From the NCBI GenBank assembly GCA_963665665.1, contig OY762428.1:2912001-2976000 (forward strand): 64,000 bases of DNA, written 5' to 3'. Below the pieces are notes generated by a model. That model worked only from the letters and a program-made list of their open reading frames with translations. It was not told where the DNA came from and did no database searches. The position numbers and the translations under genes are program-made. The DNA is from Candidatus Kapaibacterium sp. (GTDB lineage Bacteria > Bacteroidota > Ignavibacteria > Kapaibacteriales > UBA2268). This document shows, one piece after another, positions 56,970 to 64,000 of this stretch; positions within the stretch are counted from its first letter, which is position 1; the number at the start of each line of letters is the position of its first letter.

Positions 56970-59900
56970 ATGAATAAAGCAATCCTTATATTATTACTTC
57001 TTCTGCCGCTGGCAGTGCAGGCACAAAGCTTTTCGGTATTTGATATTGATGATACGAATTTTCCGGTTATAAAAGCCAAATTCTGGGCTTTCGATGCAGA
57101 CGGAAAACAGATCACAAATCTTTCCCCATCCGATTTTGAAATAACAGAAGATGGTGTTCAAAGGGATATTTTAAATATCTACTGCCCTGAGCTTCAAGCG
57201 TTGCAGGCTATATCCAGCGTTTTAACAATAGACGTATCGGGCTCAATGTCAGGCAGAAACCTTGAAATGGCGAAAGAAGCTGCCAGGACATGGATTGAAA
57301 CAATGCCACTCGGGAAATCAGAATGCGCTATTACTTCATTTACTTTCGAGAACCTAATGGTTCAGGACTTCACAACGGACAAATCAAGGCTTCTTGAAAA
57401 ATTGAATACCATAATATTAGGCGGCGGAACAGATTTTGATGCCGGTTTTATAGATCCTATGGCAGGAGCTTTGATTACCGCTGAGAAAGGGAAGCATAAA
57501 AGAGTTTTAGTATTCCTTACTGACGGCCAATCCTCCGGAAGTGAAAATGAAATAATCCAAAAAGCAAATGAACTCGAAGCACAGGTTTTTTGTATCACTC
57601 TTGGCCAGGAATGTCCCAAAATATTGCGAAATATTGCCGAGCAAACAGGAGGCTGGTGGTTTGAAAATATCATAGAAGTCCAACAGGCAAAGGAAATTTA
57701 TCTAAGAATATTAAATGTTGCTCAAAGCGTAGGCGCCTGTGAAATCGAGTGGCGAAGCGACTATTTTTGCAACACCGGAAAAACGAATGTGAATCTGGAA
57801 TTGTTGCCATACAGTTTAATAGCCGAAAGCAAATATGAACGCCCGGAATTGTCAATAGCGCATCTCGAATTTGAACCACCATATCTCAGCTTTAAAAATC
57901 CTAATCCGGGAGAAAAGATTTGGCAAGTTGTAAAAGTAACAGCAAAAAATGATGATTTTAAAATCAATGACATTATTGTCAACAATCAGAAATACTATAT
58001 TTATCCTTCGAATTTTACTCTGAAAAAAGGAAAAAGTAAAGATTTACAAATTAGTTACGAAGCAACTGACAGCGCATACACATATTGTAAAATGGAATTT
58101 CAAACGGATAAATGCCAGGAAATATTTTATGCCAGCGGTGGATGGACAGGAGTAGCTACACTGGTAAGAACATTGGAATTGATACATCCCAACGGCAACG
58201 AACAGTTCATTGCAGGCAGTGATACAATTATTACATGGGAAGGACTAACGCCGTATGATGTTGTCTCGATCGATTACAGTATAAACAACGGGCAGTCATG
58301 GAGGAATCTCGCCGATAGCGCTATGGGCCTGCTTTACAATTGGAGTAACGTCCCATTGCCAGCCTCGGATAGTTGCCTTATAAAAGTATCCCAGCCGGGA
58401 GAAGGGCTGCCTGCTCATTCAATCGAATGGCAGAAATGCTTTGGCGGCAGCAAAAACGATTGGGCCTTATCGATTTGCCAAACAGATGACGGTGGTTATA
58501 TTACTTTTGGCTATTCAGAATCAAATGACGGTGATATAAGTGAAAATTACGGCAACTATGACTACTGGGTTGTGAAAACGGACTTCGCCGGAAATATTCA
58601 ATGGCAAAAAAATTATGGTGGGAGTTCGCTTGAACAGGCAGAAGTAATAATTCAAACTCTGGACGGTGGGTATATTATTACCGGCACTTCCGGTTCAAAC
58701 GACGGAGATGTTAGCGATAATCACGGAAATAATGATATTTGGATAGTAAAGTTAAATAAAGCAGGTGCAATAGAATGGCAGAAATGCTATGGTGGAACTC
58801 AAATGGAAATCATTAAAGATATTGTACAAACTTCTGACAACGGATATATTTTTGCGGGTTTTACTTATTCCAATAACGGGGATGTTTACGGAAATCATGG
58901 AAGCACAGATTATTGGGTTGTAAAGATAGATTCAGAAGGCGTACAGGAATGGCAGAAATGTCTTGGCGGAACCAATGGAGATTATGCCAATTCCATACAG
59001 CAAACGAAGGACGGAGGCTATATTGTAGCCGGCTATACAAGGTCAAGGGATGGTGATGTTTCAGGATATCATTCGTTTAATGATTTCTGGGTAGTAAAAT
59101 TAACTGATGCTGCTGAGATAGAATGGCAAAAATGCTATGGCGGGTATGACGATGATATTGCTTATGCTGTTTGCCAAACAAAGGACAGCGGATATATTGT
59201 TGCTGGTTTTACTTATTCAAATGATGGCGATGTTCTGAATAATAAGGCAGGCAATAATATATGGATACTGAAGCTAAATACTTCCGGCGAAATACAATGG
59301 CAAAAATGTTATGGGGGAAGCGAATTTGATTGTGCTATTGATATCAATGAAACAGATGATGGCGGTTACATAATTGCGGGAGAGTCAGGTTCGAAAGACG
59401 GCGATGTTGATTGGAACCACGGAGAAAGAGATTACTGGATAATAAAACTCAATGAAAACGGTTTCATTGAATGGCAGGAAAATTTGGGCGGCAGTTTAAG
59501 GGATGCTACTTATTCAGTACTGCAAACCAGTGATAAGGGATATATAATTGCCGGTTTTACTTATTCAAACGATGGTGACGTGTCCGGCAATCATGGCGAA
59601 TCTGATTTCTGGATTGTTAAATTAACGCCCGACAAACCTCCCCTCCAATCCGATACATCCGATGCAGTTTTCTCCATTGTTGCCCCTCTCGCCGAAGCCA
59701 GAAACATAGATATGGGAAGGGAAATTGTTGGCGAAGTGAAAGATTCTCTTTTCGTGGATTTTGTTGTTAATACCGGGTCGTATAAGGTAAGGATAGATTC
59801 AATATATTTCACCGGGGCTGATTCAATTGCTTTTGCCCAGGTTTCGGCTTTCCCTGTTTATGAAATTGAGGTGGATAAGGCGCAATCCACAGAATTCAGG

Positions 59901-60998
59901 TTTATACCGAATCGGGGCGGGCTGCATACAGCAAAATTGAATATAATAACACAGGCGGCAACCCTGGAATATGATATAACAGGCATTGGCGAAGAAAGAA
60001 GATTGCAGATTGCCTGCGATATTCTCGACTTCGGCGAAGTGGAATTAACATATGAAAAAACAATATCCGATACTGTCCTGATAAAGAATATTTCTGCACA
60101 TACTGTAAATGTAACCGGTGTCAGCCAGCTCGGGCCGGATATGGAGCAGTTCCATATTATCAGCGGCGGCGAGCCGTTCACTCTTGCCCCGAACGGCGAG
60201 CATGAAATGACATTGCAGTTCATGCCCAAATACGGAGGCAGGACTTCAGGCCAGCTTGGTTTTGAATACGATGGTACGGGCAGCCCTGCAAGAGTACAGC
60301 TATTTGGAACAGGCAAGGGCGGCCTGGTTTATACCATGAACGATTCTGCATATGCCGGAGACCGGTTCAATATAAAACTCATGCTCGGAAATGTTAAACC
60401 CGAGGGCATTGCCAAACTTGCCACTGATTATGAAGCAACAATCCGCTTCCAGAGAACCCTGCTGGCTCCCTCGGGAAGTATTGACTGGCAGAGTACTGTT
60501 GATTCGATCTATGTAACAATCAAAGGCAAAATCGGCAACAGCCTGGAGATATCTGAAATACCCGTTATTGCCTGTTTGGGCAATACTTTTGGAACTGCTA
60601 TCGACGTTGTGGAAATGAAACTGCTTGATGAATCCGGCAACCCGATAGAATATGAATTTGAAAAACAGAGCGGTATTTTTACCCTCCTCGGTATCTGCCG
60701 CGAGGGCGGAACGAGGCTGATAAACCCTGATGTTGAAGCCGGAATAATAAATATATTCCCCAACCCGGCGGAAAAGAGCCTGAATATTGAAATTTCACTG
60801 ATTGAAGAAGGATATACCGAACTGACAATTTCCAACTCAATAGGGGAATCTGTTCAAACATTATTTTCAGGAAATAACGATACCACCGGCGCAAACAAAT
60901 TCAAAGCTGACATCAGCAATCTTGCCAACGGCGTTTACTATGTTATCCTGAAAACACCCAACCAGCATTTTATTGAGAAGGTGTTGGTGATAAGGTAG
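56970..60998 (+). CDS. Host VWA + Ig + beta-propeller + ASH-domain protein with T9SS-like C-terminal domain
   Basis: DVSGSM MIDAS, QT.DGGYI.AG repeats, IFPNP...GVYYV.L...EKVLVIR. Confidence 0.85.
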   Translation: MNKAILILLLLLPLAVQAQSFSVFDIDDTNFPVIKAKFWAFDADGKQITNLSPSDFEITEDGVQRDILNIYCPELQALQAISSVLTIDVSGSMSGRNLEMAKEAARTWIETMPLGKSECAITSFTFENLMVQDFTTDKSRLLEKLNTIILGGGTDFDAGFIDPMAGALITAEKGKHKRVLVFLTDGQSSGSENEIIQKANELEAQVFCITLGQECPKILRNIAEQTGGWWFENIIEVQQAKEIYLRILNVAQSVGACEIEWRSDYFCNTGKTNVNLELLPYSLIAESKYERPELSIAHLEFEPPYLSFKNPNPGEKIWQVVKVTAKNDDFKINDIIVNNQKYYIYPSNFTLKKGKSKDLQISYEATDSAYTYCKMEFQTDKCQEIFYASGGWTGVATLVRTLELIHPNGNEQFIAGSDTIITWEGLTPYDVVSIDYSINNGQSWRNLADSAMGLLYNWSNVPLPASDSCLIKVSQPGEGLPAHSIEWQKCFGGSKNDWALSICQTDDGGYITFGYSESNDGDISENYGNYDYWVVKTDFAGNIQWQKNYGGSSLEQAEVIIQTLDGGYIITGTSGSNDGDVSDNHGNNDIWIVKLNKAGAIEWQKCYGGTQMEIIKDIVQTSDNGYIFAGFTYSNNGDVYGNHGSTDYWVVKIDSEGVQEWQKCLGGTNGDYANSIQQTKDGGYIVAGYTRSRDGDVSGYHSFNDFWVVKLTDAAEIEWQKCYGGYDDDIAYAVCQTKDSGYIVAGFTYSNDGDVLNNKAGNNIWILKLNTSGEIQWQKCYGGSEFDCAIDINETDDGGYIIAGESGSKDGDVDWNHGERDYWIIKLNENGFIEWQENLGGSLRDATYSVLQTSDKGYIIAGFTYSNDGDVSGNHGESDFWIVKLTPDKPPLQSDTSDAVFSIVAPLAEARNIDMGREIVGEVKDSLFVDFVVNTGSYKVRIDSIYFTGADSIAFAQVSAFPVYEIEVDKAQSTEFRFIPNRGGLHTAKLNIITQAATLEYDITGIGEERRLQIACDILDFGEVELTYEKTISDTVLIKNISAHTVNVTGVSQLGPDMEQFHIISGGEPFTLAPNGEHEMTLQFMPKYGGRTSGQLGFEYDGTGSPARVQLFGTGKGGLVYTMNDSAYAGDRFNIKLMLGNVKPEGIAKLATDYEATIRFQRTLLAPSGSIDWQSTVDSIYVTIKGKIGNSLEISEIPVIACLGNTFGTAIDVVEMKLLDESGNPIEYEFEKQSGIFTLLGICREGGTRLINPDVEAGIINIFPNPAEKSLNIEISLIEEGYTELTISNSIGESVQTLFSGNNDTTGANKFKADISNLANGVYYVILKTPNQHFIEKVLVIR

Positions 60999-61264
60999 GG
61001 TTGTTATATAATCAAAGTATTCTAAGCCATTCAGTGAGTATAAGAATAAATCAAATATAATAATGATAACTGTTTACGATTATTTTGAATCAAACAGATT
61101 GTTGACTAATTCCAAAATAATCGATTATTTTTTAAAAAATCCTGATACCTTTTTACTACTTGATGTGTAATTTTATAAATGAAATTGCTTTGACGTTGTT
61201 ATTATATACATCTTCTCAAACTGCAATGAATAGTTGAAAAAGAGATTTTATCAGAGGTTCCACC

Positions 61265-64000
61265 ATGAAGAAAATAATCCTGACCCTGCTTTTTATTTTA
61301 TCACAAGATGCTATTTCGCAATCATTTATAGTAATGGATATTGATACAACCGATTACCCTATCATGCGTGCGAAATTTTATGCTAATGATGGCTACAGAA
61401 GGCAAATCAGAAATCTTTCCCCTTCTGATTTTGAGATAACTGAGGATGAATTTTATCGGGATGTGATAAGTGTATCCTGTCCTAAAGCTAAAGAACCAGA
61501 TGCTATTTCAAGCGTACTAACCATTGATGTTTCGGGTTCGATGGAGATGAAAGGTTTAGAAATGGCAAAGAAAGCAGGAGATGCATGGATAAACGCAATG
61601 CCACTTGGAAAGTCAGAATGTGCAATAACTTCTTTCAATGAAGACAATATAATGGTTCAGGATTTTACTACTAATAGAACGAGGCTTCTTCAGAAATTGA
61701 ATTCCCTCTCTGCAGATGGCGGTACTGATTTTAATGCCGGTTTTATTGACCCTATGTCAGGCGCTTTGCTGGCTGCCGAGAAAGGAAAATATAAAAAAGT
61801 TGTGGTATTTATTACTGATGGAGGAGGCAAAGGAAGGGAACAGGCTATTATTCAAAAAGCAAATGAAATTGAAGCTACTGTTTTTTGTGTAGTTGTTGAT
61901 TCCGATTGTCCAGATATTTTAAAAAATATTTCAGAACAAACAGGCGGATTTTGGTTTGAAAATGTAACAACTTATGAACAGGCAAAAGAAACATATTTAA
62001 ATATTTTGCAAATTTTTCAAGATCACAGCCCATGCGAAATTGAATGGCAAAGCAATCAAATTTGTCGGTATAATAAAATTGATTTAAAAATTTCCATACC
62101 CGCAATGGAATTAAGTTATTCCGGATATTATTATCCATCGCAAAAATCAATTGCAAAGCTAAAATATACTCCCAACGACATTTTATTTTTAAACAAACCG
62201 GTAGGGGTACGTGCTGATACAAGCATAAAAGTTACTGCAATTAATGCTGATTTCAATGTTACAAATATTATAAGCCATAACCCGGAATTTGAAATCAGTC
62301 CAAAATCATTTTTTATTAAAGCCGGGAATAGTAAAGAACTGACAGTGAGTTTTACTCCGACTGATAAAAATTATAAATTTGCCATATTTGATATCGAAAA
62401 TGATGTTTGCAATTCTAATTTCTTTTCTGCCGGCAGATTTGACGGACAGGCAGCACAGCAAAATATATTAAAACTCACACATCCCAAAGGAGGAGAAGAA
62501 TTTCTAATTGGAAGCGATACGGTGATAACCTGGGAAGGGATTTTACCTTCAGAAACTATTTCTATTGAATACAGTATTGATGCCGGCAATAACTGGAACA
62601 TGATTACAGAAAAGGCAAGTGGCCTGAGATACCCCTGGACTGATATTCCAAAACCGCCAAGTAATAATTGTAAAGTAAGAATAAGAAATGATAATATTTA
62701 TATAAAAAATATTGAAGAAACCATAGATTTATCCGGGCATACTTTTAATGTTCGTTGGATCAGTTGGAGCCCGGACGGTAACATGGTAGCCACCGCAGGC
62801 TATGATGGAACAGGCCGTATCTGGGATGCTGATACCGGCGAGCTAATTCATACACTATCAGGCCATACTGATTATGTCTATCACATCAGTTGGAGTTCTG
62901 ACGGCAGCAAGGTAGCCACCGCAAGTAAAGATCAAACTGCTCGTATCTGGAATGCCGTTAACGGGAATTTGATTCATATACTTTCAGGCCATAGCAGCAA
63001 TGTGTGTTATATAAGCTGGAGCCCGGACGGCAGCAAAGTGGCCACTGCAAGCTGGGATGATACCGGCCGCATCTGGGATGCAAACAGCGGGGATATGCTA
63101 CATACTCTGGCAGAACATAATTATGATGTCTATCACATCAGTTGGAGCCCGGACGGTAATTATGTAGCCACGGCAAGTGGTGATGAAACAGGCTGTATCT
63201 GGGATGCAGGCAGTGGAGAATTGATTCATACACTTCCCGGGCATAGAGGTAATGTGGAGCACATCTGTTGGAGCCCTGACGGAGAGAGAGTAGCCACAGC
63301 AAGTGATGATGGAAAAGGCCGTATCTGGGGTGCTATGAGTGGTGAAATTATTCATACACTGTCTGGGCATACAGGTCCTGCCTATCATATAAGCTGGAGC
63401 CCGGACGGAACAAAAGTAGCTACGGCAAGCAGCGATAATACCGGACGTATCTGGGATGCAGACAAGGGTGAACTTATTCATATACTAAACGGGCATATTA
63501 ACAGAGTCTATCATATCAGTTGGAATTTTGACGGGACTAAAGTAGCTACAGCAAGTTGGGACAATACCGGAAAAATATGGGATGTAAGTAATGGCGAACT
63601 TATTTATACACTATCAGGACATACCAAAGAAGTCTTTCATATAAGCTGGAGCCCGGACGGAACAAAAGTAGCCACGGCTGGTTTTGATTACAAAGCAAAG
63701 ATATGGGAATTAGAAAATGCCAATACTTTTGATCAGGAAGATGTGTCAGAATTATTCTCCATTGTTGCCCCTCTCGCCGAAGCCAGAAGCATAGATATGG
63801 GCAGGGAAATCGTTGGCGAAGTGAAAGATTCCCTTTTCACTGATTTTGTGGAGAATACAGGAACATATAAAGTAAGGATTGATTCAATATATTTTACCGG
63901 TGCTGATGCAAATGCTTTTGCCCAGGTTTCGGCTTTCCCTGTTTATGAAATTGATGTGAATAAAGCTCAATCCACCGAGTTCAGGTTTATACCAAACCGG
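61265..64000 (+). CDS. Host VWA + Ig + WD40 paralogue, truncated at window edge
   Basis: Not in ORF track; MKKIILTLL..., DVSGSM, about 8 GH...ISWSPDG..VATAS.D.TGRIWD repeats; frame spot-checked at 62735 and 63755. Confidence 0.85.
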   Translation, partial: MKKIILTLLFILSQDAISQSFIVMDIDTTDYPIMRAKFYANDGYRRQIRNLSPSDFEITEDEFYRDVISVSCPKAKEPDAISSVLTIDVSGSMEMKGLEMAKKAGDAWINAMPLGKSECAITSFNEDNIMVQDFTTNRTRLLQKLNSLSADGGTDFNAGFIDPMSGALLAAEKGKYKKVVVFITDGGGKGREQAIIQKANEIEATVFCVVVDSDCPDILKNISEQTGGFWFENVTTYEQAKETYLNILQIFQDHSPCEIEWQSNQICRYNKIDLKISIPAMELSYSGYYYPSQKSIAKLKYTPNDILFLNKPVGVRADTSIKVTAINADFNVTNIISHNPEFEISPKSFFIKAGNSKELTVSFTPTDKNYKFAIFDIENDVCNSNFFSAGRFDGQAAQQNILKLTHPKGGEEFLIGSDTVITWEGILPSETISIEYSIDAGNNWNMITEKASGLRYPWTDIPKPPSNNCKVRIRNDNIYIKNIEETIDLSGHTFNVRWISWSPDGNMVATAGYDGTGRIWDADTGELIHTLSGHTDYVYHISWSSDGSKVATASKDQTARIWNAVNGNLIHILSGHSSNVCYISWSPDGSKVATASWDDTGRIWDANSGDMLHTLAEHNYDVYHISWSPDGNYVATASGDETGCIWDAGSGELIHTLPGHRGNVEHICWSPDGERVATASDDGKGRIWGAMSGEIIHTLSGHTGPAYHISWSPDGTKVATASSDNTGRIWDADKGELIHILNGHINRVYHISWNFDGTKVATASWDNTGKIWDVSNGELIYTLSGHTKEVFHISWSPDGTKVATAGFDYKAKIWELENANTFDQEDVSELFSIVAPLAEARSIDMGREIVGEVKDSLFTDFVENTGTYKVRIDSIYFTGADANAFAQVSAFPVYEIDVNKAQSTEFRFIPNR

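Noticed and set aside
1270-63481. Many short antisense or nested ORFs in the track (e.g. 1270-1677, 16655-17074, 34580-35125, 63098-63481)
   Set aside because: They shadow well-supported genes and have no recognisable motifs
62730-63720. Repeated tggagcccggacgg motif as an array
   Set aside because: Encodes WSPDG of WD40 repeats

Overview
Positions 1 to about 56,760 are the right-hand part of an apparently intact temperate prophage. The host looks FCB-group (Bacteroidota/Ignavibacteria/Kapabacteria-like), inferred from a T9SS-like C-terminal domain and TAnnTTTG-like promoters. The phage has Mu-type morphogenesis genes (DUF935 portal, gpF, gpG, protease I/scaffold, gp36, gp37) and a Mor/C-type activator. 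It also has a lambda-E-type capsid, a LexA/CI switch and a tyrosine integrase next to a probable tRNA-derived att site; no transposase is visible. Cargo includes a five-gene candidate DNA-modification operon coupled to the terminase, a 14 kb type I R-M locus interleaved with toxin-like effectors, and several morons (NucC-like nuclease, VWA-FISUMP plus OmpA pair, WG-repeat lipoprotein, GHKL ATPase-nuclease). A conserved ~59 bp promoter-like element precedes all four late transcription units. After the att site are two host paralogues of a modular VWA surface-protein family, of which the phage carries a split copy. All family calls come from reading motifs by eye; no searches were run.
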